A stretch of DNA of 64,000 nt from Selaginella moellendorffii (GCF_000143415.4 NW_003314269.1:993246-1057245); one strand, 5' to 3'; positions 25,301 through 38,567 are shown, counted from the stretch's first letter. A program made the numbers and translations. Notes: generated from the letters alone by a model not told the origin.

Positions 25301-27429
25301 TTGCGGCTCGAAAGAATAGTCCGCCGCAGTTGTACTCGATAACGCATTTGCCCTTGGAGTCGGAAGCAGATGACCCACCCGCTATTGCGTTGAAGACCCA
25401 GCTGAGCATTTCCCATGCTGCACTTGGAGCTTTCTCTGGATTCGAAAGCTCCATAGCCGTCTTAAGTTCCTCAGGCACTGGTAAATTGACCTCCCTCAGA
25501 TCAATTCGATCGGCCTTGTCGAACAAAGCTGGGAAGTCACTCCAGTCCCACTCTGCTGCAAGACCAATAACAAGGGCGAGTGTGAAGATGCGGACATTCG
25601 TCAGTATCTTCTTCTTAGCCATTATCCCATGGATCTCCTGCATCTCCTTGCCTTTCAACCGGGCCTTCACCTCGTTCAAGGCCTTCCAGAACTTGTGATA
25701 GGATTCGGAGTCGTAGATCATATAGTGGACTGAAGATTCCACCTCCGCAAGTCCCACCATTAAGTCAATGATGGAGCTGACTTTGTCTGCATGAGTGATC
25801 TCCTTGTTTGTGAAATCCATCACACAAAAGATGTTCTTGACCTGCTCATCTCTGCGGGAAACGATGCTCCTCCACCTTTGATCCTCATCCGAATTCACGT
25901 ATACCCGGTAAGGTTCTCGATAGGCCTCTGCTGCGGGGTCGAGCTGTTTCTGAAGCCGGCGGTCGACATCCCTCTTAATGAAATTTGGATACTAATCCAA
26001 CTTCTCAGCTTTACTTTTCGTGGCATCCCGCAGCAGATCGATGAACTTGGGGGCCCCCTTCACGTAGTCGTCGATGTCTTCATTTGACAACTCCAGCTCT
26101 TCCATCATCTCTTGCGTGGTGTCGATGCTCACCCTCTCCACGGCCACTTGCGCGAAGATCCAATCCTTCAATAGCGCACGAGCTCTCAGAGTCGTGCACA
26201 AGTCCTCGTATGTCACAATATGGCCGGGAGTCATTTTGGTCTTGTTGAAGACTACCTCACCATGTAGAAGAGCATTAGCCACTGTCAGAAGGTCGTCGTC
26301 GTCTAGAGACCGCGAGAAATGCAAGGCGTTGAGCTTCAAATCATTGGGCTTCCGGCCGTCCTCTCTGGAAACCTCGTCTCGCCCTTCATTGTTCGGTAGT
26401 AGGGGATCACATCTGCGATGTCGGGTGTTACTGGACTTGCCAGCATCTTCTGCTTCAGTTTCTCCACCCACTCATCAGATACTAGCCTGTGGTTGTATTT
26501 GCTTTGGATGTCGATACGGCTCACGTCGATTGTATATACTTTGTTGGAATAGTAACAAGTACTATTATCTGCGACGATTTTTGCTGCCTCTTCTTGCTCT
26601 TTCTGCTCTTTGCGGCTCTTCTTTTTGGTGGGTGTAGTGTTTGAACCCGAGGCAATGGCATCACCGAGTAGCTTCTTTTTTGGAGCAAGAGAGTCGGACG
26701 TCGGCTTGAGCTTGACCACCCTTTTCTGCTTCGAGGTAGTTTCCAGATCGACCCCCTTCCCCTTCGCTTCGCGAACTGGAGGCACTCTCAACGGTTCAAT
26801 GTTGGAATATAGTTTTTGAACATCGCCGTGTAAGCTCCTGAGTTTGGACTTCCCGGGAGGTCACCCAGCCCAGTACTATTCAAACCCAAGGACGTTTAAC
26901 CCCAAATATCCTAAGACCCTTAACCGATTGGAAAAGGGGGTGCACTCTTATTCATGGGCCCTTTCCCTCTATATTTGAACCCCTATGGATCGTCTCTCGA
27001 GTCGTTCCTTTTGGTTGCTTACACGCCGTAGGTGAGGTCCGTGGATTCCATGTGATCTTCATAGACCCGCAGCGTCTTTGAAATTGTGGGCCTCCTAGAC
27101 AACCTCTCCCTAGCTCCCTCTAGGAATTCCTCATAGCCGCTGCCCCCCTCCAGGAAGCCGCTAGGATGTGCAAGGTGGATCTTGAAGGCGGACGCTATCT
27201 CTACCACAAGTGCCAGTCCATATTCTTGCATGGAATTGCATGGAGTGTCTGTCACTTGGATGAGGATCCCCATGCATTCTTTTCTCCCACCATCTGTGTT
27301 GTACAGCCTCAGATCCTCGCCTTCCATCCCGAAAGTCCAACTGGTGAGCTCCTCCCCCTTCTCTGCATCCACATTGACAGTGGCTAGAAGAAGAACGCAA
27401 TTCCTCGCCTGTTCAGAAATGCACAACAA
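22344..27429 (-). pseudogene. Transposon cargo gene, copy 1: ParB/Srx-like + MTase-like fold + acidic linker + FCP1/NIF (HAD) phosphatase-like domain
   Basis: Phase-compatible GT-AG exons join the ORFs (e.g. ...NIVD G|gt...ag|AG SRQRYCIVFDLNSVL). FCP1-like motifs DLNSVL, LGVWTS, ILIIDDLPIK. Disrupted by a Cassandra LTR (26829-27023), a ~540-bp deletion at ~26362 relative to copy 2, and TAG at 24461. Confidence 0.7.
26829..27023 (-). mobile_element. Cassandra TRIM solo LTR inserted in the cargo gene
   Basis: TSD CGCCG on both sides; the empty site CATCGCCGTAGG is present at ~47171 in copy 2. Confidence 0.93.
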
Positions 27430-28647
27430 TTAGAGCTGACAGATGAAAAGCTAGCAGCTGGAAATAACGTGAGGCCACACGCCATTCACCACTGCATCAG
27501 ATGTCTTGAGGCTGCATCCTAAGATGGCGTGAGGCTACACGCCATCTATAACTGGACTGCACTCGAGAGCCCAATTGGTGCATGCCAATGTTGCTACTGA
27601 ATGGCATGTGGCCTCATGCCATTTTCTACTTGGCCTAAAAGACTTACCATTTGAAGCCGAATGGAGGCGTGACAATCGAGGCCGGACTCGCTGGCGAATG
27701 TGCACTGTGTGTGCAGCGGATTGTAGCAGCAAGGCTACTCTGCCACTTACAGTTGGAGAGTGGCGCTGAAATCTCCCGGGACGCCAAGTGGGCTGCGTGT
27801 GGGTGGCGGAGTGGGCGGCAGAGTTGGCGGCAAAGTTACAAACTGGGTGTGTCTTGAAGTGGACGCCGATACACACGAGCGCGATGCGAGCGCGAGTGGA
27901 TGCCGATGCACACGAGAAACCTGTAGAGAAGGTAGATGAGCGCGAATGTGAGCGTGATCGCGAGTGGGAGCGCGATGCGAGCGCGAGTACGATGCAAAAC
28001 CTAACCTCACACGCGCGAAATGTCACGACGGTTGGTAATCCCGCCACGTCATCATTCCTCGGACTTGGGCACCACCATTAATTTCTGGATCGCCGCGCGC
28101 ATGCATGCACGTGAAATCCAAAAGAAATCCGCAACGTCATCATTCCTTAGACTGCATGCACGCGAAATCCAAAAGAAAGATCATGATTGGGATATCATTT
28201 AATACCCTCGCTATATTTATACCATGCATGATTGGATATTCCAAAGCACCTTGTATTTCCAAAAATGCCAGATGTTCAGCTAAATAAAGAATGGTATACA
28301 ATGTCCTTCTTGATGACCCTGCAAAGAAGCATCTCGATCGGACACCACATAAGACCACACGAGCCTTACAATGTTTCAGGGGCATTTGCTATAGATCCGA
28401 CCGTTATTTTGCTCCAAGATTCTACAGTTTGGTGTGCATTGACCTTTCCATCGACACTGCAAAGGGACATCACAATCAGATTCGAGATCACAAGAAACCA
28501 ATTTCACTAACTCTGGTTTCACCAAGATCTACGTAAGGAGTTATGAAATGAAAGGACCCTCTCTATTGAAATGTGTTTATGGTCCTGACATATCAAAGGA
28601 TTTTGCATCAAGTTCTGTATTTGCATGTTTATCAAGCTACTGAATTG

Positions 28648-28667
28648 CTAAACCCTAAACCCTAAAC
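28648..28667. promoter_or_regulatory. Telo-box / interstitial plant telomere repeat (AAACCCT)n between the divergent genes
   Basis: CTAAACCCTAAACCCTAAAC; a longer version lies at 49384-49417 in copy 2. Confidence 0.5.
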
Positions 28668-29931
28668 ATGTGGCAAATGCTGCGTGAAGAAAGATGCCCT
28701 TTCTGGGCAAATGCTGTAAGAGGCAGATGCCGAGCAGATGTATCTCAGGCTAGCGAAGGGGACAAACGAAAGCTAGCTATAAACATGACGGGATGCAAAT
28801 AGATTACTAGGCTGGTCCTGCGAAAATCAAAAACCATAATTGAAAACATTGAAAATGCAAAAAGAAAGGTTTATAATATTTTTGAATTTTAAGCAACCAA
28901 AGGAATGTAAGTAGGGCATGTGTTTGTAAGTTTAAAAATGCCTCAACCACTTAAATTCCCAAGTAAATAAAGCTGTTTCTATTTTTGGTACAGGTAAACT
29001 TTATAGCGTGTGGGCTCATGCAATTTTGAACCCAAAAATGCACCAAAAAATGTTCGACTAGCATTATTCTTTGAATGGCGTGTGGCCTTATATTGCCATA
29101 AATGGACGTACACACACAGCATAATTATTCCTTTACACGGCAAATAGTCTTGGCGCGGATCACTGACATGGCATGGCAAAGTTCGAATCACTGACATGGC
29201 ACAGCTGGATCGAGGCAAGGACATGATGTGACAAAGTTCAACCTTCGACAGCAAAGTCTAGAAGCTACTTAGTTTGAAATTTGTCAGAGGAATCATAAGA
29301 TCTGGTTTGTCAGAGGATTTGATGTGACGTTCAAGCGTGTGTTATTTTTGAATTCTCGAACTCATTCCTAGGTCTATCATTTTTGTGCGCCGTGTTCTTC
29401 GTTCCGCTGAGCGCAGTGAGCGCTGCTTGTGTAAGCAGCGTTGTGAGCTGTGGTTTATGCGTCTATGAGCGGTTGCGGCATTGCAAGCGCCATTGCGAGC
29501 GGCAGTTTATGCGAGTGGCAGTTTGTGCGAGCGGCGCTACGAGTAGTTGCGGTGTTGCGAGCGGCACTGTCTTTGGTGTGGCTACCGCTTCCTCTTGATA
29601 TTCGGCACTTGTGCTTCCTGGTATGTTCACCATGGAATGGCTTAGGACCACATTTAGAAATGGCATGAGGCCACATGCCATCTTGGGCCCTTGCAATTTC
29701 ATGGCTAGCGTATTGTCATGTATGTTTTTACTTGCCTACAGCTGTGTGTATATCAAGATGGCATGAGGCCTCATGCCAATTTTGTGAATGCGAAATTTCA
29801 CGTGGGTGTCAATAGCATGTTTGAATAATGGCATGTGGCCTCATGCTATTGAGGTTGTTTGGTATGTTATGATTTAGGCCATTCTCCAATCATTTTTTGT
29901 ATGGTCTTAACTTCTTTTCTGCACTTTCAGA

Positions 29932-32900
29932 ATGGCCTCCGCAAGTGCGACACATGTTCCCTCCGTGGATCTTAAGAACCATGCTACATGGATTCAGGCA
30001 AAGGTGTTTCTAAACAACCCCGAGGGGGAGGTGGTAGCTGAGGGCTTAGCCACAGTTGTTGATCCAAGAGATGCGGTTGCTAATCAAGAATTGGGCTGGG
30101 ATGATATTGGAGTTGCGATTTTAGAGGTTGTTGACACAGAAGAAAACAGTTTGACTATTGGAAGCATTGTGCGGTGGAAATTGAGGCACTTAGTGTTTGA
30201 GAATGTGAAGGATTCACAATCAAACACCATTACAACTGATGATAGAACATCTCTTCATGGGAAAAGAAAGTACACCTTCCTAAAGCGTAGCCAAAGGGAT
30301 CTGAGCAACGAACCGAAAAGGCAGAAAATGGCAATGGAGGTTCGAATGGTCTCGACAGTTGCTTGTTGCAAGAGGAGGTGCTGTCAACATGCTGATTGGG
30401 ATGCTATTGAAGAGGAGAGAGCAAGATACAAGACATTGTCCTGGAAGGCAGCTCGCAATTTTGTGTATGAGGCATTATGGTCATCTGTTGATGCTTCAGA
30501 ACATCAAGTGGGGGGCATGGTCTTCCATAGGGGTTTGGTCTGCATGAAGGCATGGAGAATCATTTATGGAGTCCTTCGAACCACATTCTACAGAATCAAA
30601 ACTGAGTTCGAGGAACAAAGGGTTCAATAGGCAGTCCATGGGAACGACGGTACGCACAAAACCAAAGGTCATGTTGTATATGGAGAGGCAATCTTCAAGA
30701 GGTTTGTCGAGACATGTAGCGAGCAGCAACCACATAAAACCCGCCTCTTGGAAGATGGAACACGAGACACCCAACGAGTTCTCCCTTTCATGTATACCAA
30801 GGGGGCCATATTGGAAGATGTGAATCGGGAACTCCAGAGTAATGGCTACAGGAAGCTGAGCCAATCTAGATTTAGTAGATTGTGGAGCAACAGGTTCAGG
30901 GATGTGAGTATAGGAAAGTACTCCAGCTTTTCAAAGTGTGACGAGTGCACTGCTATCAAAATGGCTTTGTCGAAGAATTCTTGCATCGCTCAAGAGCGAG
31001 AGACGTTGGTTAGAAGGCGGCTCGACCACAACATCGAGCAGAGAAGCTGCAGGACTGCATATTATCATAACAGGATTCTCTCTATGGAGAGACCTGACTC
31101 TTACCTCTGCATCATCCACGACAAAATGGACCAGAAAAAGACGTGCTTACCTCGACTCAATCTTGCCCCCAAGGCAATCTCTTCATCCATGCAGCTGCCT
31201 GTGTCTCTGTTTGGCATAATCGCTCATGGGCATGGTGCCCAGAACTATGGGAACTTCTTTGTACCTCTATGGGGTGGCGGGGGTGCAAACATGATGATTG
31301 CGTCCCTAGCAAAACACTTAAGGTCTCTGCAAAGTGCGTAGACTGAACTGAACGGCCAACCCTTGCATAAGGCCCTTGTCGATCGAACCCCATACAGGGT
31401 TCAGCTGGAGGAGGAGCAAAGGCTTGCAGTATCACGTGGGGCCCCATGCCATCTCAGTGAATATGTTGGCCGTCAGATTGTAGGGTTATCATGTGAGGCC
31501 TCATGCCATTCCGACGAGGCTGGTCGCTGTAAGCTCATAAGTTTGGACTTCCCGGGAGGTCACCCAGCCTAGTACTATTCAAACCCAAAGACACTTAACC
31601 CCAACTATCCCAAGATCCTTAAACAATTGGAAAAGGGGGTGCACTCTTATTCAGGGGCCCTTTTCCTCTATATTTGAACCCTATGCACCGTCTCTCGAGT
31701 CGTTCCCTTTGGTTGCTTATAGTCGCCCGGTGAATGCACAGCCTCATCCAAATGAAACAGAATCTCAAGGAAGTTCTTGCGGCCGATGTGGCCTTCCACC
31801 CCATCTTCTGCTCCAAACAGACAATGTTGGCAGTGAGAACAAAAACATGTACGTCTTTGCGTACTTGGCGATGCTTGTTGCCAAAGGCATATTTGAAACG
31901 GTTACACTTGGCTTTCTCATGGTTGGGCACACTCATGAAGACGTCGATGCCATGTTCAGTCACCTGGCAGAGTCCCTCCGGCGATCCAATGTCCTCATCC
32001 TCCCACAACTCTACGATGAATTCCAAAATTGCATCAAAGGCACTGTTGAAGCTGAATTTGTGACAGAGGTTCCAGACTTTAAGGGGTTTGTAAGAGGCTA
32101 CATCAGGGACGGATCCAAAACGCTGATTGGCCACTCCAAGCCTCTTCAGTTTCATTTCAGCATGCGTGACGGTGCTCCAGTGATGAGGTACAAGATAAGA
32201 GAATGGGACACAGTGTGGCTGCCAGTGGACGGCATTGAACTCTTCAAGAGAGATCCCATAACTGGGGAACCTATGATTCCTCAGGGTTCCCCACGGCCGA
32301 TGCACCCGGATGGACTCAAAGACCAGGAAAGTATAGTGGCCGGGATTAGATAGCATATTGCCTTCTGGAAGAGGGGGTTGGTGTTTGGTGGAGAATCCTA
32401 TTTTCAGAGGTGCAAGCCTTTGATCGAATACTGGGAGAAGATTATATCTGCTATCCAAAATGGGCCGGTTGTATATGAAGAATTGGAAGAGTCCTTTTGG
32501 CCAGAACCCAGAGCACCAGATAATAGCGGAACAATGTCCTCTGGAAATGCAGTGACAGATAACGATGTTGAGGATCATTATTGTGGGCCGAGGAACAAGA
32601 AGCTGGATTCAGCATTCAATCCAGTACAGGTCTGCAAAGGAATGGTCGTGCTTGTCAGACCCAGTAATAAAAATCAAATGATATGGGTGGGGCGCTGCAT
32701 CACTGATGCAGAGGAGGACGCGGAAACTAACTCCTTCAATGTAACTGTGGAGTGGTTCAAGCCAAGTTCTGGATATACGAAGGATTGCCTAGAAAAGAGA
32801 TGGGTGCTGAATCCAAGGGATCCCAGCATGAGCATATCGGTGGATAATGTTGTGCATGGTTGGATGGGGAAGCAGAGTGCCACCATCACCTTGCCAGACC

Positions 32901-33029
32901 ATGCAAGAGATGCAGCAAGAGCATTCATAACCCGGGTTCAAGGTGAGATTCATTAATATTCCTTTACTAAGTTTCTAATGTATTTTATTTCAAGGTGAAC
33001 AATCCGAATCTGAATCAGAGGAGGCGTGA
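29932..33029 (+). pseudogene. Sola-like DDD transposase, copy 1 (inactivated)
   Basis: One reading frame once the Cassandra insert (31528-31721) is removed: CCKRRCC, HGN, FSKCDEC, YLCIIHDKMDQ (D1), LLLQTDNVGSENKN (D2), FLMVGHTHEDVDAMFS (D3), then a C-terminal beta-rich domain. In-frame TAGs end at 30630, 31341 and 32353. Short last exon after a GT-AG intron. Confidence 0.8.
31528..31721 (-). mobile_element. Cassandra TRIM solo LTR inserted in the transposase
   Basis: TSD GTCGC; the empty site GGTCGCCCGG is present at ~52628. Confidence 0.92.
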
Positions 33030-34572
33030 TGGCATGTGGCCTTACGCCATTCCTAGGTGAGATGATACAAATAACAAGTATAAATTCTTAGTTGTTCTAG
33101 CAAATCTTACTTAAAGTTCAAGGTGAACAAGCCGAATATGAATTCATCGGATTGTTATAACAAATTGCGAGGTGATGGCATGAGGCGATACGCCATTTGA
33201 GAGTGGTAGCCATTCCTATATGAGGTGAGTGAAATATTTATTAGAAATACCTCATTCAATTGTGCACTTCTAAGTCTTGGTCCACTCAATACTGTTTGCA
33301 TATTTTTATTTTAATTCTTTCTCTAAAATGTTATTTAGCATGTGGCTTCATGCCATTGCTCTCCACAATCATGCATTGAATTTTTTTATCCTTGCATAAT
33401 ACTTCTCCATATATATAGCATGTGCGCACATGTGATATGGTTCATTAGGCCTGATATAGTGTGTGAGGTAAAACAAAGATGATGTGACATATGCATTTAC
33501 CAATCACACGTGCATAAATCTAATAATATGGCGTGTGGCCCATATTAATGGCACATAAACCCATATTGTGGGCTTACGTGCTTTATGTACCATCATTCCC
33601 TTGCAGCGTGTGTGTTGGTTTCCTTTTATAACACAACGAACTCCATATTTTAGGGTGAAGAGTGTTCTCATGGCAAGCACAAAATCTGTAAGTGAGGCAG
33701 AAAAGGAGACGGAGAAGAATATATAAGTCTTCCAAACTCCCCGTATTATACTCCAGGTGATCATTTTTCTGAACAAACGGCAACATTAACAACTATCGAA
33801 AACGCCCCAGTAACGTCAGAGACAACAATCCAAAGCAAAACAACTGACCCAGAGAAGGATGATAGTACCGCTGAGAGTACCAAAAAGGAGGTGTCCACTA
33901 GCGCTTAGGCTTATAATGGCGTGTGCCCTCATGCCATTTACTTGATCACCAAATACCTTTTTCCCTTTGCACTAGTATATCTTAATACCGGTCTGAGAAA
34001 TAGAATGGCATATGCCCTCAGGCCTTTTACTAAATCACCTTTGAAAGAAATGCAAGCCTCTATGTCGTAAAAAAAAGGTACTAGAGAAATTCCTTAATAA
34101 TATGAATGTTATTTAGTTTCATGAAAATACACTAAGGGTCAAATGAGTTAAATGACTTCTCCAGACTAGCAATGCCTCTTGCTACACCTTCACAATTAGA
34201 TTCGTTAGAAAAAGATAACATTGAATAATATCTAAATGTTCTCACCATTAAGTTATATGTCTGGCTAATAGGAATGACGTTCATCTTGGAAAGCTCACCA
34301 CACGCTCAATGAACAAACAAATAGTGTGTGCGCACATGCCATCGCTCTTCTTTAGCTTCAGATTCAACTTGTTCACCTTGACAATGAGATTTATTATACA
34401 ACCAGATGGACTCAGTCTGGACACAAAGTCACTGCGCTAGTCACCATGCCCCAGATATGTCTAGCCCCTGGACAAAAAACATATAATTTCACGTCATTTT
34501 CAAATACTTGAAAATTTGTACCTAGTCCCATTTTACTGAATAAATCCCACTTTAACGAAATAGAGCATGATA

Positions 34573-36800
34573 TGCCGAGCCACACTAAGCAATTTAACCG
34601 TGCATCACGACTCTGGGGCATCCCTCGCTTGGCAGTGTGCGCAAGCCAGTCTCTGCATTGAGAGTCCATGACCACTGAAAAATGAGTGTCCTCATATTCC
34701 AAACCATCACCACGCCCTAGTGATTTGGGACTCGAACCCAAGCACTAGAGGGTCGGGACTCGAACCCAACCTCCGTATATGCATCTACAGACGGCATCAC
34801 CTAGGATGCTTGGCGTGACCCTCCACACCGGTGCACCAACTTTTACTCAAAGCGTGCTATAAATCACAGCTTAGGAACTTAGTTCCTCCACACTGCCAAG
34901 TCCTCTCACTTGACACGTCTGTGATCATGCATGGACTCCTCCATACTTGGTCCCATGGCCCACCCTTTTTGAAGTTATCACCTTCAACTAGGGTATTTGT
35001 TCCCCCAACTTGCCAATCTCGCTTGGCAAGTTTTCCAACCACCGTAACATGGTTCATGCATAAGCGTGAAAGTCCTTGACCATTGACTTTCATTCAAAAC
35101 CCTCTCTTTGAACACTCAGGAATTACTTCTCTAACCTTGATAGCCTTACCTCATGGCAAGCTTCAAGACCACGTTTCTGCTGTGCCACTCTGGTTTCGCA
35201 TGTTCCACACTTGGCCTTTCTAGGTACTAAGCTACCTAGAATCGTCTTTGGGAACCTTGAAGGAACTTTGTCCCTTAGCTTGCTAAGGCCTCCCTTTTTG
35301 CAAGCTTTTTAGTTGCCATATAGTCTAATATGGACAATTCCATATTTTTCACTCTCCATGGCATCACGGTTGCTAGCAATAACACTCTCGAGCCCCCACT
35401 TGATTCTCCACTCTCAGCTGGCATAACCAGCCTTGGTCATCCCTTTCGATTCCTATAGTTCGGTTCTATCCCCTTACTACTTGTTTTTGGCTTCACACCT
35501 TTCTTTTGGTCATTCTCCTCCAGACTAAGAGGATAGCTTTGCACTTTCTATCATGCCTTAGCAAGTATTCTTAAGGATGAACTTACTCGATAATCTAGGG
35601 AGTAGTTCCTCAATTTAGGTATGCTCACCTTATAATCCCACACATCGGGATTAACGTTGCTGCTCATGGGCCTTCACTAGCCTTGCCAAAATTCCATTTT
35701 TGGCTTTGTTCAATTCGGGTAGACAGTCTTCTCCCGTCTCCGTAACCTTGGACACTTGGATAACACCTTCTATCCATTATTCGCTAGGGACTTAGTCCCT
35801 TGGGACTTATGCTATTAAGAAGTCTTGGGTAGCTACCTTCTACCAGTTTAACCAATTATCTTGCACCTTTTGCTTAGTTGCCTTATAGTTGTCAAGTCCT
35901 ACAACTAATTGCTAGTGCTTCCACACCTCCATCATTGTTTTAGTCACACATTTTACCACATGCCTTCCAGCTTAGGCTATGCCATTCCCATTTCCATTGG
36001 GACTCCCTTGGCAAGGGGTTTTTATGAACCTACCAACATAACCTCAAGGTATCACACCTTGGCACATTTGGTGTCTCCACACCATCAGCCCTACGAGCCT
36101 ACCCTTATTACTCTACTTATTAGTATCTAGGTCTTTGCCAAGACTAATATAATTGTTTCTCATGCTAACTATCCATTAACACTACACCATAGTGTTTGCA
36201 CCCAACTATGGGCCAAAGTTGCTTTCTTTTGGGAACATCTTCCCCACAACTTTAGTATAGCACATTCTGCCATCAATGAAATACCCATTGTTCTCATACT
36301 TGAATCTTATGATCCTCCCCATACCTCATGGGGCACCATACACCTCAGTCCAAATGCTTCTACCAATCCTTTACAACCATTTCCTGACTCCACTTAAGTC
36401 ATCTAGCATTTTGGACTTTGTTAATCCCTCGACCTATAAGGTCTTATTTTTGAGGTGTTAGCTCATTGGAATACAACTTCTTGTATTCATGTCCTACTTA
36501 CAAAGACTATTTTGCAAGTGTTAGTCTTACACTTGATTTTGTTCTCTTGGGGCAACTTTTGCCCCTTAGGACTACTTGTTCATATGATGAGAATACCAAC
36601 TCATCTCTAAGTACACCCCCAACTCCTTAGGTTGTTCTAGCATTTATTAAAAGTAGCCCCGGCTACCATTTCAAGGACTTGAGTCCTCTTCCATACTTGA
36701 CCTTCCACGGTCACTAATTCTGGTCTCAAATTCATGAGCACCAACCTTGACTATATGAGGGTAATCTTGTGACTCCTTTATTGTTTTGGAGTCTCTATCT
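34573..36800 (-). pseudogene. Decayed pol (RNase H/integrase) remnants of the host LTR element
   Basis: Minus-strand fragments resemble the RNase H DA..GVGGVL motif (~36620) and an integrase GPY/F-like tail (QVGG..LV..KGGPWDQVWRSPCMITDV, 34857-35093). Heavily stop-riddled. Confidence 0.5.
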
Positions 36801-38567
36801 TGTGAAACACAAAATCCCTAGGCCCCAAAGTGGAGCCGGAAGGGTGCCATGTGGTGGTGGCCAAAGCGAAAACCAAACGAGCGTAAGACGTTTGGACTAA
36901 AAGCTCCGACTTGAAAGGTCGAGAGCGGGAGAGGAACTCCCAACGAAGTGCTCAAGGAACGAGCACGAAGCGAGCAATAAAAGAGGCTCCAAAAAAGGAC
37001 CCAAAAGGACCAACACATGATACGTGAAAGTGTCCGAGATGGACCTGAGTTGGAGTCCGAAGCGGAGTTCGAGATGGACCCGAGTTGGAGTCCAAAGTGG
37101 AGTCCGAGATGGGGTCTGAGATGGAGTTTGAGGTGGATCCGAGATGGACCCGAGCTGGAGTCCAAGATGGAGCCCGAGATGGAGTCCAAGGTGGATCCGA
37201 GATGGACCCGAGATGGAGTCTGAGATGGAGTCCGAGGTGGACCCAAGATGGACCCGAGATGGAGTCTGAGATGCAGTCCGAGATGGAGTCCGAGGTGGAC
37301 CTGAGATGGACCCGAGATGGACCCGAGATGGAGTCCAAGATAGAGTCCGAGATGGGACCCAAGATGGAGTCCGAGATGGACCCGAGATGGAGTCCGAGAT
37401 GGAGTCCGAGATGGACCCGAGATGGAGTCCGAAGTCGAGACCGAGACCAAGATCGGGACCGAGACCGAGACCGAGACCGAGAACGGGACTGAGACCGAGG
37501 CCGAGTCCGAGTCCGAGTCCGAGTCTGAGTCCGAGTCCAAGTCCGAGTCCGAGTCCGAGTTCGAGTCTGAGAGGGTGAAAGCCCAAAGCGTTCGTCTCCC
37601 AAACCCTGGGGGGTTTGGTGAGCTCCAAAAGTATAGTAAGGGGGAGGACTGCAGTGGAGCCAGTTTGGCCAGGAAAGGCTAGTTTGGCCCAGGAAGGCCG
37701 GACCCAGTGTTGGGTGATGAGCTACCCACTGGGAAGTCCAAGACTAGAGTGAACACGGACCGACAAGCGGGGTAGCTTGGTGAAGTGTTCAAGAGCCAGC
37801 TCTAGTTCCTCCGGGAGATTGACTGGCCAATGCTCCCAGTCCAAGTGTGGGTGGCACTACCTACTTGGATACCTGTCGTGGCTCAACAGAACCTCGCTCT
37901 AAGCCCATGGCTAGAGCACTTAAAGGCAAAAGGTGGGGAGAGTACCCATGAGGCTTGCGTAAGGCCATGGTGTTCCGAAATGTTATCCCAAAGTCCCAAA
38001 CGGTGAAAGGGAAGAGGAGTAAGCCTCTAATGCAGTGACCAAGGATACGGTCACATGGTGAGGAAGTCCCAAAGGATAGTGGGACTTAGTGGTCGGGCTT
38101 GCGGGCCTTGATCCAGTGGTAGTGTTGGCGAACACGGCCATGGACGAGAAGGGACTTGGTGGGGACTGGAAAAGAGATGTCAGGGAAGGCTATTCCCCAT
38201 ATCTGCGGGCATCCTAGGGATGCTAAGGAGTGGATCTGGGATGATCATTCACGGATGGATGGCCCAATCTTTGAGAGACGGGACTATGATGCTGGTGGTG
38301 TTAGACCAAAGGTGTGACCAAGGTGAATGGGCATGGCCTTAGCGTAACGGGCCAATATGTCGGGGGTACCTTGGGGTGTCGGTCATGGGATCGGACCTAT
38401 GAAGCACTTGGACTAAGTGCAAAGGTTGAGTGGCATGGATGCCATTCTCAGGGCTAGCATGCCCTAAGTCCTAACTGGGACTTATGGAGGTTGTGAATGA
38501 GACTCCTCCAAGTGGTAGGAGGTGCGGTTAAGTAACTAAAGTAAAATGGAAAAATTAGTCGCTTACA
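36801..38567 (+). mobile_element. Solo LTR of family A, inserted in opposite orientation into an element of its own family
   Basis: TGTGAAACAC...GTCGCTTACA; TSD TATCT (36796-36800, 38568-38572). Confidence 0.92.

Larger units (their letters stand above)
22288..34030. repeat. Dispersed 22-bp palindrome ATGGCRTGWGGCCWCAYGCCAT (about 20 copies per transposon copy)
   Basis: Copies at about 22288, 23365, 23440 (perfect palindrome), 24694, 24885, 25026, 27464, 27524, 27601, 29003, 29075, 29660, 29758, 29828, 31431, 31488, 33029, 33175, 33335, 33527, 33916 and 34005. Equivalents occur in copy 2, plus 46338, 48651 and 48888. Confidence 0.9.
21902..34568 (+). mobile_element. Giant TIR DNA transposon, copy 1 (Sola-like; 12.7 kb)
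   Basis: Left TIR AAGCTCTATTTCGTTAAAGTGGGA at 21902; right TIR TCCCACTTTAACGAAATAGAGCAT ending at 34568 (one mismatch). 4-bp TSD GATA (21898-21901, 34569-34572). Encodes a DDD-type transposase; colinear with 41837-56094. Confidence 0.88.

Noticed and set aside
28648-28667. True telomere or chromosome-healing site
   Set aside because: Only 3-5 units, at the same internal position in both transposon copies.
22288-34030. CRISPR-like array suggested by recurring palindromic repeats
   Set aside because: Spacing is irregular (tens of bp to kb), there are no uniform spacers or cas genes, and the context is eukaryotic.
21902-34568. Classification as CACTA, hAT, Mutator or Helitron
   Set aside because: The termini are not CACTA, the TSD is 4 bp rather than 3, 8 or 9 bp, TIRs are present, and the catalytic motifs are DDD-type.
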